From: Candidatus Saccharimonadota bacterium
GTDB taxonomy: Bacteria > Patescibacteriota > Microgenomatia > UBA1406 > GWC2-37-13
Direction of reading: 5' to 3'
Length of the DNA stretch: 32,000 nt
Assembly (NCBI GenBank): GCA_001790095.1
Contig: MGBH01000001.1
Span: 1,050,001-1,082,000 of the forward strand
Both the position numbers and the translations under genes were made by a program. The notes below the pieces were generated by a model. It was given only the letters and a program-made list of their open reading frames with translations. It made no database searches and was not told the DNA's origin. Below are positions 14,308 to 24,322 of this stretch, in pieces (positions within the stretch are counted from its first letter, which is position 1; every line of letters starts with the position of its first letter).

Positions 14308-14652
14308 ATGTTAGTAATAATATTACTATTAATATTAGGATCCATATTAGTATATGTCTCAAGGTTTAACTTCCAACCGGTTTCAGTGAATCTGGGGTTT
14401 ACGGTTTTTCAGGGGATTCCTCTTTTTTATGTTATGGTTGGATCTTTATTGATAGGGTTAGTATTATCGTATCTTGTCTATTTGGTAAATGCAATTTCCA
14501 ATTCCTTTGTACTTCGAGGTAAAAATAATGAAATTAAAAAAAATAAAGAAGAAATCTTAGAATTAACCAAGAGAGTTCATCAGCTTGAAATAGAAAAAGA
14601 AAAACTTAAGAAAGACTCAGGTATTGAACCAAGAGACTCCAATGCCTTATGA
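14308..14652 (+). CDS. LapA/DUF1049-like membrane protein with coiled-coil tail
   Basis: 114 aa with two TM helices followed by KNNEIKKNKEEILELTKRVHQLEIEKEKLKK. Confidence 0.55.
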   Translation: MLVIILLLILGSILVYVSRFNFQPVSVNLGFTVFQGIPLFYVMVGSLLIGLVLSYLVYLVNAISNSFVLRGKNNEIKKNKEEILELTKRVHQLEIEKEKLKKDSGIEPRDSNAL

Positions 14653-15119
14653 AAACCATACTTGTAAAAATTTGGAAAACACTCCGTCTTCCTAAAGGAA
14701 TCCAATTATTTCTCATGCGTTTCTTCCAAGATCAATTTTTAGTTGGTGTAACTGGCATCATTTTAAATGAACGTAAAGAAATACTACTTTTTAAACATAC
14801 ATATCGACCACATGCGTGGAGTCTTCCGGGTGGTTATTTAAAATCCGGCGAACACCCGCGAGAAGCCCTGGAAAGAGAGATCAAAGAAGAATCGGGCTTA
14901 GTAGTAAGTGTTGATGAATCGCTTAAAACCCGTACTGATCGTGAGACGGCGCGTTTGGATCTGTGTTATACCGGAATATTCATAGGTGGTGATTTTGCGC
15001 CAACACATGAAGTATCAGAGTATGGTTTTTTTGCTCAAGACAAACTTCCTTTACTAAGAAAGAACCAAGTGTTTTTGATTAATGAAGTATTAAAGGGAAA
15101 CGCAAAACAAGACTCCTAA
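14649..15119 (+). CDS. NUDIX hydrolase
   Basis: Nudix box GGYLKSGEHPREALEREIKEESGLV. ATGA overlap with the upstream stop. Confidence 0.85.
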   Translation: MKTILVKIWKTLRLPKGIQLFLMRFFQDQFLVGVTGIILNERKEILLFKHTYRPHAWSLPGGYLKSGEHPREALEREIKEESGLVVSVDESLKTRTDRETARLDLCYTGIFIGGDFAPTHEVSEYGFFAQDKLPLLRKNQVFLINEVLKGNAKQDS

Positions 15120-15154
15120 AATAGCTCCAAATCGCCTCATTCTCGGGAGGTTGG

Positions 15155-15520
15155 TTATTCTTCAAGCCAATCAGTATCATCGGAGTCTTCTGGATAATTA
15201 ATCTTAAAAACAAGGAGCTTAAAATCCCTATCAGACTTATTCCATAAGTAGTGTCTGTCATCAGGATGTGTCATAAAAGCATCGCCGGGTTTTGCGACAT
15301 GTTCTTTACCATCGATACTAACCAACGTTTCTCCCTCTAAAACATAATAGACCTCTGTTTGGACATGATGAGCGTGGAGTCTTTGTCTTGTATGAGGAGG
15401 AATGGTAACCACCTGCATCAAGTGTCCTTTTTCTCTGAAATCTTTCAGAGAAAATATGACTTGTTTTGAATAATCTTTTTTGATAATCAGATTGCTTTCC
15501 GATGATTTTTTATGGTGCAT
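15155..15520 (-). CDS. Cupin domain protein
   Basis: 121 aa with HAHHVQTEVYYVLEGE .. KPGDAF..H, the two cupin motifs. Confidence 0.75.
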   Translation of the reverse strand: MHHKKSSESNLIIKKDYSKQVIFSLKDFREKGHLMQVVTIPPHTRQRLHAHHVQTEVYYVLEGETLVSIDGKEHVAKPGDAFMTHPDDRHYLWNKSDRDFKLLVFKINYPEDSDDTDWLEE

Positions 15521-15581
15521 ATAATATTATAACCTTATCGTATGTTTGTGTATAACCCAGTTATGATAATCCGTTTTATTA

Positions 15582-16118
15582 CTACCAAAGATTTTGTGTA
15601 GGAATTAACACCTCCTTTTTTGTATTGAATAGGAATTTTTTCATAAAGCCATCAGAGGAATCTTGATAAAAGATAATTTGTCCATCTTGATTGGTGATTC
15701 TTTTGGTTCCTTTTCTATAGACAAACCGTTGAGTAGATGAAGTGTTTATGTTAAATCCACACTTTTCGTAAAATCTCTTATTCTTTAGCATACAAAATCC
15801 CAATCCAGTTTTATCATGAATGGTTAGAGACTCCTTCATTGCTTGAACAACTTGTCTACCATATCCTTTGCCTTTTTCCTTCGCTACAACATTCACGAAC
15901 CCATATATGGTATATTCTTTCCCATCAAAAACTACATGTTTAACTTCCAACAATGCACCCATTGCAAATATCACATCATCATTTTTTAGGAGAAAGAATA
16001 ATTTATTGTTTAATTGGTTCTTTGAGGGTAACAAAACCTTAAACTCTCTGAATAATGCTGTGTTTATTTGGACCAATTCATTATCTGTTAAGTCAGAACC
16101 TTCTTTCATCACTATCAT
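15582..16118 (-). CDS. GNAT family N-acetyltransferase
   Basis: 178 aa with VVAKEKGKGYGRQVVQAM .. FYEKCGF. Confidence 0.7.
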   Translation of the reverse strand: MIVMKEGSDLTDNELVQINTALFREFKVLLPSKNQLNNKLFFLLKNDDVIFAMGALLEVKHVVFDGKEYTIYGFVNVVAKEKGKGYGRQVVQAMKESLTIHDKTGLGFCMLKNKRFYEKCGFNINTSSTQRFVYRKGTKRITNQDGQIIFYQDSSDGFMKKFLFNTKKEVLIPTQNLW

Positions 16119-16155
16119 TATTTATTATTATAATAAAATCACTTAAAGCCTTCTA

Positions 16156-17265
16156 ATGTATAATATGGTTAGGTACGTCGAGTATGTATCTATGAAAAAT
16201 ACCATATTGATATTTATCTTATCTTTTGCATATATCGCATGCAGAATTGGTATAAACTATCAGACGCATGGATATATTCAAAACATTGGAGACATCTTTA
16301 TCTTACCTGCGTTCATGAGTCCGGCCCTATTAGTTTTCTTTTCACATCGTTCAAAGATTAAAAGCATAACGACTGCTGGTTTATTTGTAATACTTCTGAC
16401 CGTCTCTGTAGGGCTATATTGGAATTATATGGACAAACCATGGTTTTCACCGCCTGAAACAAATACTTGTGATGGTCCGTGTTATCATTGGTTTTCTTTT
16501 GAAAATGATCCGCCCTTATTTCAGGTTTTGTTTGGTGGCTCACTTTCTTTGATTGGTGCAAGTTTGATTATAATTGTTATTACCGGTTTATCAAAAATCC
16601 AGCACCATAAAAGGGTATTATATTTACTCCTATTCTTTAGTATTATTGCTGTTTCTTTGGTCGCATACAAATATCGATACTTAAATAACTATAGCCTAAG
16701 ACGCCAAACACCTAATCAAACCAAACAAAATAGTATTACAGAGTCTCCAAAAAACTACATCAACGAATTATCTCACTATACCTTAACACTTTCCTCGTCG
16801 TGGAGGGTATATGATGCCTCAGTTGATGATGTAAAACCTATATTCAAGTCAAGCTCTACCGCAGTCCAAGTACAGGGTTTTCAAGATCATGAGGTTAGGA
16901 TAGATCAGGAGCCGATGGGTAAGAATGATGACTTAGAAGCTTATATAAAAAGCAAATATAATATAGTAGGTAATAGAATTGAACCTATTTATGACCCATA
17001 CGGATACGGCGGAGATATAAGATATGACATCATTTTATATAAGAAGATTGAGGTGAGTGGGAAACCAGGTATTCGATTTGTCGCGCATGTTTCAAAAGAT
17101 CAACTGCCCGGTATTCAGGTCGGGGAAAGTTCAAACATCGACGAAGTTTTTGTACAGATAGATGACAAATATATACTGTATATATTTGGAAATCCGGGAT
17201 TTTATTCTGATAAAAAAGGGTCAGTAGATGAGGTAATCTCACATTTAATCTTCAATAATAAATAA
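16156..17265 (+). CDS. Hypothetical polytopic membrane protein with C-terminal soluble domain
   Basis: 369-aa ORF with about 6 TM helices in the first half. The start is uncertain (Met at 16156, 16165 or 16192). Confidence 0.55.
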   Translation: MYNMVRYVEYVSMKNTILIFILSFAYIACRIGINYQTHGYIQNIGDIFILPAFMSPALLVFFSHRSKIKSITTAGLFVILLTVSVGLYWNYMDKPWFSPPETNTCDGPCYHWFSFENDPPLFQVLFGGSLSLIGASLIIIVITGLSKIQHHKRVLYLLLFFSIIAVSLVAYKYRYLNNYSLRRQTPNQTKQNSITESPKNYINELSHYTLTLSSSWRVYDASVDDVKPIFKSSSTAVQVQGFQDHEVRIDQEPMGKNDDLEAYIKSKYNIVGNRIEPIYDPYGYGGDIRYDIILYKKIEVSGKPGIRFVAHVSKDQLPGIQVGESSNIDEVFVQIDDKYILYIFGNPGFYSDKKGSVDEVISHLIFNNK

Positions 17266-17303
17266 CACCTCTCGGAGTAGTATTATATTCAACATACACT
17301 GTC

Positions 17304-17312
17304 TGATATAAT
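17304..17312 (+). promoter_or_regulatory. Extended -10 (TGATATAAT), 6 nt before ATG 17319
   Basis: Same element and spacing as at 7583 and 9567. Confidence 0.55.
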
Positions 17313-17318
17313 TTTTTC

Positions 17319-18329
17319 ATGGAAATAAAAGCCTGGGCGATAAAACAATACAAACAAGGGTTAACAAAGTATACGTATGAAAAAAATGTGGGCGAGAATG
17401 ACGTATTGATTCAAATAAAGTACTGCAGTCTATTAAAAGCAGACATATTTTTTATTGATAATTTTTGGGGTGATACAAAGTACCCATTAGTTCCAAGTTC
17501 CGAGATGTTTGGTGTTGTCGTAAAGAAAGGTAAAAAAGTAAATAATATTAAAATAGGAGATTATGTTGGAGTAGGCTATCAAACGGATGCTTGTTTGAAA
17601 TGTACATCATGCAGAGAAGGAAAAGAACAGTTTTGTAACAAACAAAGAGTAATCGCTATTCATGAAAATGGCGGTTTAGCTAAACACATTATTGTAAATA
17701 GCAACTTTGTTTATCTTATCCCTTCAAATCTTCAAAAACCAGAGTATGTTTCACTTCTAGGATACGGCTTGACTTCATATTCTGCCATAAAACACGCAAA
17801 TCTTAAAAAAGGAATGGCAGTTGGTGTCGTTGGTTTGGGTAATCTTGGACATATTGCAGCTCAAATACTGGTTAGTAAAAACCATACAGTGACTGCCTTT
17901 ACTCATACAGAAGAGAAAACCACTCAACTTAAAAAAATTGGTATTCGTCGCTTTATAAATCCATTAAATGAAAAGGATCTAGATAAAAATAAAGGTACAT
18001 TTGATTATATTTTAGTTACTACTTATCATGATTATGATTGGTCAAAATTTATTGAACTTCTAAAGCCAGAAGGCAATCTCCACTTTATTGGATTACCCAA
18101 TAAAAACATTTCTTTCCCAGCGATTTTACTTGCCGACTATGCACGGAGAACTGTTTCTGGTAGCTATATAGGAAGCAGAAAAGAGATGAAAGAATTATTA
18201 TTATTTGCTGAAAAGAAAAATATTAGAGCATTAACACAAGTTTTTTCCATAAGTGAAGTGAGTAAAGCAATCTCTATATTACGAAACAACAAGGGTCCGT
18301 TTAATATAGTTATTAAGATCAGCGTCTAA
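17319..18329 (+). CDS. MDR-superfamily (cinnamyl-alcohol-dehydrogenase-like) oxidoreductase
   Basis: 336 aa. Structural zinc lobe CLKCTSCREGKEQFC and Rossmann motif GVVGLGNLGH. The usual GHE catalytic-zinc motif reads SSE (PSSEMFG), so the catalytic zinc site may be atypical. Confidence 0.7.
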   Translation: MEIKAWAIKQYKQGLTKYTYEKNVGENDVLIQIKYCSLLKADIFFIDNFWGDTKYPLVPSSEMFGVVVKKGKKVNNIKIGDYVGVGYQTDACLKCTSCREGKEQFCNKQRVIAIHENGGLAKHIIVNSNFVYLIPSNLQKPEYVSLLGYGLTSYSAIKHANLKKGMAVGVVGLGNLGHIAAQILVSKNHTVTAFTHTEEKTTQLKKIGIRRFINPLNEKDLDKNKGTFDYILVTTYHDYDWSKFIELLKPEGNLHFIGLPNKNISFPAILLADYARRTVSGSYIGSRKEMKELLLFAEKKNIRALTQVFSISEVSKAISILRNNKGPFNIVIKISV

Positions 18330-18538
18330 GCCTGATCTTTGTGTTCAACTCTTATGATCAAATGGGGTTTTACACCTGCCAATGCTGGTAAAAGATGATT
18401 AAGTACTTGTTCTGCTGTCATGCGGAATCTTTTGCCTTTTGCAGAAATCTTTAACCATCCCTTCTTGTCTTTGTAGTACTTTTCTGTGAAATTCTTTGTA
18501 CCGATAAAAATTACAAAGCTGTCATTTTTAAGATTCAT
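18326..18538 (-). CDS. Hypothetical small protein
   Basis: 70-aa ORF, convergent with CDS 17319 and overlapping it by 4 nt. TGATAATAT lies 7 nt before the ATG. Confidence 0.4.
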   Translation of the reverse strand: MNLKNDSFVIFIGTKNFTEKYYKDKKGWLKISAKGKRFRMTAEQVLNHLLPALAGVKPHLIIRVEHKDQA

Positions 18539-18717
18539 CCTTTAAATATTATCATATAACATAAGGACCCCAGTACAAAGCATCTATATATAACAAGCTG
18601 CATTTTAGTATCATATATTTGATGGGTGTAATCAAAAAGCTAACAAAGTATTTATTGTCTTTGACAACCGCTTCTATTTTAGTTAGCATGAATTATTAAT
18701 ATTTATAATTCTTTTTT

Positions 18718-20253
18718 GTGAAAGAAAAATTTTGTATTAAAAAAAATCTATTGGTTGTTGCTCTTGTGATACTGGCAATTTTAGTTTACTTTACCTATTC
18801 TAGTAAATCCGCAAATATACGTACTTCTCTTTCTTCTTTTGCTCGCGTCGTCATCACAAAAGCTCCCGCTAGATTTTTAAAAAATAGAGGATATGATACG
18901 AGTTTAAATCCTCAGGCACCCAGTCCAATTCCAGCTCCAGTTAGCCCAGTTGTTGGTGCTTGGGGTTGTATTGAATTTACTGAAGATGAAAAAAGACAGA
19001 TTTTAAGCAATCAAAGCGTAATAGACGAAACTAATAAAGCAATCATTTCTTTTATATGGGGAGAGACAAACTATTTAAGAGAGCTGCAATGTGGACTTGA
19101 TTATTGTAACCAAGGTGGTGGATCAGCAGATCGTCAAAAATGCATTGATGCGACTATTGAAGGTTTATCTTTAGCTACACTTCCCCTAGGGGCTTCAGGG
19201 CTTGAGCGCATTGTTCAAACTGCAATAGCAAGTGGTCCTATTAGTTACGTAAGCTTGAGAAACGCCGCTGCTGTAAATACCGATATAGCGGTCGCAGATA
19301 TATTAAGCAGTTTACAGAGTAATCCCGTAGCTAATAAATTGCTTCTATTTTTAAATAGATACGGTAATCTTATCTTTACTTTAGGAGGAGGCGCATCGTG
19401 TATAGACAATCCGCAGTCAGATATGTGTATCTTTTTTATTGCTAGCACCCAGATACCCGTTATTAATCTGCCTGAAGCGACCGCGCAAAGAGTTTCCCCA
19501 AATTATATAGATGATTTTTCTGGTTTTGAAAATGAAATTATTAATAATAGAGGGCCTAGCAGGGTATTGGAATACAAAGGTCAAAGAATACCGCTTTGGA
19601 CCGTAGATGAAGCTCTCTCTCTTGAGGATCTTCCAGAATATAATCGACAAATGGGATTAGTATATGGCTGGCTAAAAAACAGATTCCAGCGTGATCCTAC
19701 TTCCCCAGTGTATTTTACTACCAATATGGGGAGGATTTCTGATGTTGGAGTTGATGACCTTGGTGTATATCTCACCTCAGTTAATATAAGAATTGTTGCA
19801 TATTCTCAAGATTTTAAAGTTATTAACTATACACGCACCTCAACTCATGAATTTATTCATGAAATCCAGCAAATGAATGGTTGGAGTGATGGTCTGTTTA
19901 TTTCTCGTCCAGCGAGAACAGGGAATGAGATAAATGATTTAACAGCAGATCTTCAATATCTTTTAACAAACGACACACTCTTGCTATTTAGAGAAGGAAC
20001 TACAGACTTAATAACAAGAGATGCGTTTTGGGGAAACGGCATTGAATTGCCGGCAGATCTTGCTGATAATAAACTTATAAGGCTTACTTTATTAGCAACA
20101 GATGCGAGAACAGTAGGAGGCGAGAAAGGAATAGATGTTTTATATAGCAGTATAGCAAGCGGAAACAGCCCATTATTTTTTAATAATGCATGGACTGACA
20201 TTAACATCTTTACATCTTGGTTTATAGGTCAGATGAGTTCACTCCTAAAATAA
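18718..20253 (+). CDS. Signal-anchored hypothetical protein with HExxH zinc-metallopeptidase motif
   Basis: 511 aa with a GTG start, an N-terminal TM helix (LLVVALVILAILVYF) and STHEFIHEIQQMNGW (HExxH). Confidence 0.45.
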   Translation: MKEKFCIKKNLLVVALVILAILVYFTYSSKSANIRTSLSSFARVVITKAPARFLKNRGYDTSLNPQAPSPIPAPVSPVVGAWGCIEFTEDEKRQILSNQSVIDETNKAIISFIWGETNYLRELQCGLDYCNQGGGSADRQKCIDATIEGLSLATLPLGASGLERIVQTAIASGPISYVSLRNAAAVNTDIAVADILSSLQSNPVANKLLLFLNRYGNLIFTLGGGASCIDNPQSDMCIFFIASTQIPVINLPEATAQRVSPNYIDDFSGFENEIINNRGPSRVLEYKGQRIPLWTVDEALSLEDLPEYNRQMGLVYGWLKNRFQRDPTSPVYFTTNMGRISDVGVDDLGVYLTSVNIRIVAYSQDFKVINYTRTSTHEFIHEIQQMNGWSDGLFISRPARTGNEINDLTADLQYLLTNDTLLLFREGTTDLITRDAFWGNGIELPADLADNKLIRLTLLATDARTVGGEKGIDVLYSSIASGNSPLFFNNAWTDINIFTSWFIGQMSSLLK

Positions 20254-20282
20254 TGCATCCGGTAGCAAACGAGTTAAGGATA

Positions 20283-20438
20283 TCAGTTCTTTTTTAGCAA
20301 AAGGCTTACACCAAAGATAATAAATACTCCATAGACTATGAGGTCTAGAAGTTTGAAACTGTCAGTTAATTCGTGACCAAACAGCATTGATCCAAGAATG
20401 ACAAGAATTATCCCGGTGGGTTTTCCTAAATATTTCAT
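20283..20438 (-). CDS. Possible 51-aa two-TM membrane peptide
   Basis: My translation is MKYLGKPTGIILVILGSMLFGHELTDSFKLLDLIVYGVFIIFGVSLLLKKN. Below the ORF-track cutoff. Confidence 0.35.
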   Translation of the reverse strand: MKYLGKPTGIILVILGSMLFGHELTDSFKLLDLIVYGVFIIFGVSLLLKKN

Positions 20439-20529
20439 AAAAATATATTAACAAATAATCACTATATATTTTAAAATATAATCTTTATTTTTAATATCGC
20501 ATATCCAAATCAGAGATGTTATTAGTCTT

Positions 20530-20538
20530 TGATATAAT
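20530..20538 (+). promoter_or_regulatory. Extended -10 (TGATATAAT), 9 nt before ATG 20548
   Basis: Same element. The context CTTTGATATAATTTTCAT is nearly identical to that at 7581-7597. Confidence 0.5.
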
Positions 20539-20547
20539 TTTCATATT

Positions 20548-21135
20548 ATGACCACTTTCGTTCTTCATGGAGGAAGAACAAAAATAGATTCTGTAGATAA
20601 TAATTTATTCTTTAAACAATTCACGGATACCGTTTCAAAAAACCGTGTAAAAATCCTCCTTTGTTATTGGGCTAGAGAAAGAGGAAGATGGAATGAGTTA
20701 TTTGAAAAAGACAGGATCAGAATTCTAATGCAGACAAATAAAAAAACAGATATTGATTTAATTGAGACAATAGAAGCTTTACATGTGCAATTGAAAGAAG
20801 CAGACGTATTATATTTCTCCGGTGGAGAAGAGGAGCATATGGGGCCATACAAATTACAGTTACCGTTTTTAAAAGATGCACTAGATAACAAAGTATTTAT
20901 CGGAAGTTCAATGGGGGCATTTCTTGCCTCAAAACATTATGTTTTATCACTTGATAGTCAAAACACCGATGCAGTATATAGTGGATTGGGTTTAGTTCCA
21001 TATAACATACTTTGTCACTGGGATATAGAGACAAACAAAGATAAGAAGATAGCTATGTTAAAAGAAAAGGATCCTCAAACACCTCTTCTACTTATTGAAG
21101 AGGAAAAATTTGAAATACTAAAAGTATTGGTTTAA
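20548..21135 (+). CDS. Peptidase S51 (peptidase E-like) / type 1 glutamine-amidotransferase-like protein
   Basis: 195 aa with DVLYFSGGEE, the nucleophile elbow IGSSMGA, and LCHWD. Confidence 0.6.
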   Translation: MTTFVLHGGRTKIDSVDNNLFFKQFTDTVSKNRVKILLCYWARERGRWNELFEKDRIRILMQTNKKTDIDLIETIEALHVQLKEADVLYFSGGEEEHMGPYKLQLPFLKDALDNKVFIGSSMGAFLASKHYVLSLDSQNTDAVYSGLGLVPYNILCHWDIETNKDKKIAMLKEKDPQTPLLLIEEEKFEILKVLV

Positions 21136-21165
21136 TTTTCCTAAATTACCTATTAATATTTACTT

Positions 21166-21504
21166 ATGCAGTTTCTAGTCATTGGTAAAGATGGAACAGA
21201 TGAAAAAGCGACTGATCGCAGATTGGCTGCAAGAAAAGCGCACCTAGCACTGGGAGACAAGATGGAGGCGTCGGGAAATAGATGGTATGGATGTGTGATA
21301 TTGGATGATAATGGACAGATGATTGGATCGATGGCTGTTATGGATTTTCCATCTGAGAGTGAGTTTCAAACATGGTTAAAAAATGAGCCATATGTGAAGG
21401 GTAAAGTGTGGAAGACAATAGAAGTATATAAATGTAATGTAAAAAAACCATGGAAGTTTAACCGGCCACAGTCTTTTTATGAAGGAGGTGATAAACATGT
21501 ATAA
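21166..21504 (+). CDS. YciI family protein
   Basis: 112 aa with FLVIGKDG..RLAARKAHL..DFPSESEFQTWLKNEPY. TAATAT lies 6 nt before the ATG. Confidence 0.7.
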   Translation: MQFLVIGKDGTDEKATDRRLAARKAHLALGDKMEASGNRWYGCVILDDNGQMIGSMAVMDFPSESEFQTWLKNEPYVKGKVWKTIEVYKCNVKKPWKFNRPQSFYEGGDKHV

Positions 21505-22045
21505 AAAACCTACACTGGATCTAGGAGAAGAGCATGGCGGCATCATGCTTATGATGCAAATAATGAAAAAAATAGCTATAAGGTTACTTGATGGAAAGGA
21601 AGTAAGAAGAGAAGATCTCTCCAAGGTCGTTGAATTTTTGGTGAACTTTGCTGACAAGTGTCACCATGGCAAAGAGGAGGATATATTTTTCCCAAAATTA
21701 GTTAAAACAACGTCAAATAAAAAACTAGTCAACATGTTGGTAGGCGAACATAAGACAGGACGAGACTTTATCCGCGGTATTGTTGAGTCTTTTAAGAAAT
21801 ATAAGGCTGGTAACCCTGATGCGATCCATATAGCAGTAAACATAGAGGGCTATGTTCAACTTTTGACAGAACATATAAGAAAAGAGAATACCATACTTTT
21901 CCCTATAGCGGATAAAGAACTGCCCACAAAAATACAAGAAAAAATGGCAAAAGAGTTTGAGAGGTTTGAAAAAAATGTAATTGGAGCCGGAAAGCACGAA
22001 GAGTTCCATGGCTGGCTCAAAGAACTAAGCCAGACTTATCTCTAA
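21497..22045 (+). CDS. Hemerythrin HHE cation-binding domain protein
   Basis: Start chosen at the Met preceded by GGAGGTGATAAAC. EEHGGI..FADKCHHGKEEDIFFP..EH..H..KENTILFP show the hemerythrin-type His/Glu pattern. Confidence 0.7.
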   Translation: MYKKPTLDLGEEHGGIMLMMQIMKKIAIRLLDGKEVRREDLSKVVEFLVNFADKCHHGKEEDIFFPKLVKTTSNKKLVNMLVGEHKTGRDFIRGIVESFKKYKAGNPDAIHIAVNIEGYVQLLTEHIRKENTILFPIADKELPTKIQEKMAKEFERFEKNVIGAGKHEEFHGWLKELSQTYL

Positions 22046-22057
22046 TGTTAAAGGCGC

Positions 22058-23347
22058 TTACGCGCTTCTTTTCACCATTATTTTATCTACCCGATTGTGA
22101 TCCATATCAACAACTTCAAACCGATACTTATATTTTTCAAAGACGTCTCCGGTTTTTGGAATTTTCTCAAGATGAGAGATTACAAATCCGGCAGCGGTTT
22201 GATAAGTACTTAAGTCTCTATTGCTTAATTCATGCAAGTGAAGTCTTTTTTTTAAGTCGTATATGGACACTGTTCCATCGATAAGTAGCGATCCATCATC
22301 GCGAACTATAATCAGCGGTTCTTGAATAGATTGAGACTTGATCTCACCCACTAAAGCTTCAAGGATATCGTTTAGGGTGATGAGGCCTTGGATACTGCCA
22401 AACTCATCTAACACAAGGGCGATATGGACTGGGGAGTGTCGAAACATCTCAAGCACTTTTATAGCCTTCATTGACTCAGGTACAAGGTGCGGTTTGTCAG
22501 TTATGTGTTTAAGTTTTTCTATCTCAAACTTATCATCTTCAAAAGAATAACCAAGCAAATCCTTTACATGAATAACTCCAAATATTTTATCTTTTTTTTC
22601 CTCAGTAAGAATCAGGCGCGAATGTGGATAGTTTAATAAATATTGTTTTGGTTTTTCGACGAATTTTTCAATATCGACCACCGTCATTTTATGTTTTGGG
22701 GTCATAAGCATCCCAACTTTTAAGTCATCAAGCATAAAAGCCCTCTCTATAAGTTTTTTTTCGGTTTTACTAAAGATACCCATATCGGTTCCTTCACGTA
22801 TGAGGATGCGGATTTCATCCTCAGTCACTTGTGAGGGAACTCCTGATCTAAGTCCAATAAGCTTGAAGATAAACTCTGTTGAGATGCTAAGTAGTCGCAC
22901 AATGGGAGAGGTGATTTTGGAAAAAGTCAGCATAAACGGGGCAACCAGCGAAGCTATCCGTTCAGGATTGGAAAGTGCTATACGCTTTGGTACAAGTTCT
23001 CCCAGGACAACAGACAAATAGGTTATACAAATCACAACAATTACAAAAGAAATTTCTTCATAAAATGATCCGATAAAAGGCACGTTTTTAATAAATGGGG
23101 AGATCTTCGATACAAATCTGTCTTCCCCCAACGCTCCTGCCAGAATGGTGATGAGAGTGATACCAATCTGGACACTTGAGAGAAATGTATTGGGTTTTTC
23201 TGCCAAATGAAGAGCGGCTTTTCCTCTTTGATTACCGCCAAGCTCCATATTTTTTAGCTTGCTTTTTCTTGAAGAAATAATAGCGATCTCAGCCATGGCG
23301 AAAAAGCCATTTAAAGCAATAAGAGCAAATATTAGAACAACATCCAT
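22058..23347 (-). CDS. CNNM/DUF21-CBS-CorC_HlyC (TlyC/hemolysin-family) membrane protein
   Basis: 429 aa. N-terminal DUF21 (LNGFFAMAEIAIISSR), a CBS pair, and a C-terminal transporter-associated domain (YRFEVVDMDHNRVDKIMV). Confidence 0.85.
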   Translation of the reverse strand: MDVVLIFALIALNGFFAMAEIAIISSRKSKLKNMELGGNQRGKAALHLAEKPNTFLSSVQIGITLITILAGALGEDRFVSKISPFIKNVPFIGSFYEEISFVIVVICITYLSVVLGELVPKRIALSNPERIASLVAPFMLTFSKITSPIVRLLSISTEFIFKLIGLRSGVPSQVTEDEIRILIREGTDMGIFSKTEKKLIERAFMLDDLKVGMLMTPKHKMTVVDIEKFVEKPKQYLLNYPHSRLILTEEKKDKIFGVIHVKDLLGYSFEDDKFEIEKLKHITDKPHLVPESMKAIKVLEMFRHSPVHIALVLDEFGSIQGLITLNDILEALVGEIKSQSIQEPLIIVRDDGSLLIDGTVSIYDLKKRLHLHELSNRDLSTYQTAAGFVISHLEKIPKTGDVFEKYKYRFEVVDMDHNRVDKIMVKRSA

Positions 23348-23450
23348 ATTAAATAATTATATCAACTGTAGATGTTTTTTGTTTCACTCCTACTACTTTT
23401 CTACGCGTTCTCTAATTGGTTTAGTGTTGATTTCAGGCTCTTTTGACGCC

Positions 23451-24293
23451 TTAGTACACTTCGGAGGTGGTTTTGAAAGCATATTCAAACCTCGCCGGAT
23501 CATTTCCCTTGACCTTCACAATTATTTTTTTTATATCCAAGTCAACGACAGTATGGGCTTTTGATGCTAATCCGTCATTATTAGTATTTTCAATCAATGA
23601 AGTAAGGGTAAAATAGGGGATTCCCTGATGGATAAGCATTTTATTCCAGTGCTGATGAGCGGATATAACCGCCCTTACACGCCCCGACTTTTCAAGAATA
23701 TGTCGTATCTGTTTTCTATTACTTAACATCGCATGATATGGATCTTTTTCAAACCAAAAATTACCTTTCATATCATCATCAGCTAGTCCATAATGAGAAA
23801 ATACAATCGTTGGTTTATTAGTCTTTGACAGGTCAATCTTTAACCAGTCTATCTGATTATCAGGTATTTTCGCTGATATTGCGCTTAGATTATGAGTGTA
23901 ATCTTCGGTCATGACAAAACTCAAGGCGATAAAGTGAAAAAGTCCATAATCAAATGAATAATACATCTGTTTATACTTCAGTATTTTTGCGACCTCTTCA
24001 GGGTTTAGGGTGCGCACATCATGATTGCCTATAAGGTGATGTATTGGTATTTTTAAAGGAGAGAGAAGAGAAAGGAACTTTTTATAGGTTCGTATATCTA
24101 TCTCTCTACTGTTTACATCTTCGATAGAGTCGCCTAGATTTACAACAAATACCAAGCGTTTGTCCGTATTTATTTTTTTGACAAACTTGAGTATCAACTG
24201 CTCCGCCTGACCCATCAATTTCCTTTGAACACCATTTTTATATCCAACATCAAGAGGACCAAGATGAACGTCATTAATGATTGCAAACCTCAT
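23451..24293 (-). CDS. Calcineurin-like metallophosphoesterase
   Basis: NDVHLG, GDSIED, GNHD, FSHYG and SAHQH motifs in the canonical order. Confidence 0.8.
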   Translation of the reverse strand: MRFAIINDVHLGPLDVGYKNGVQRKLMGQAEQLILKFVKKINTDKRLVFVVNLGDSIEDVNSREIDIRTYKKFLSLLSPLKIPIHHLIGNHDVRTLNPEEVAKILKYKQMYYSFDYGLFHFIALSFVMTEDYTHNLSAISAKIPDNQIDWLKIDLSKTNKPTIVFSHYGLADDDMKGNFWFEKDPYHAMLSNRKQIRHILEKSGRVRAVISAHQHWNKMLIHQGIPYFTLTSLIENTNNDGLASKAHTVVDLDIKKIIVKVKGNDPARFEYAFKTTSEVY

Positions 24294-24322
24294 AATTGTA
24301 TAAGTGTATCAAAATCGATTTC

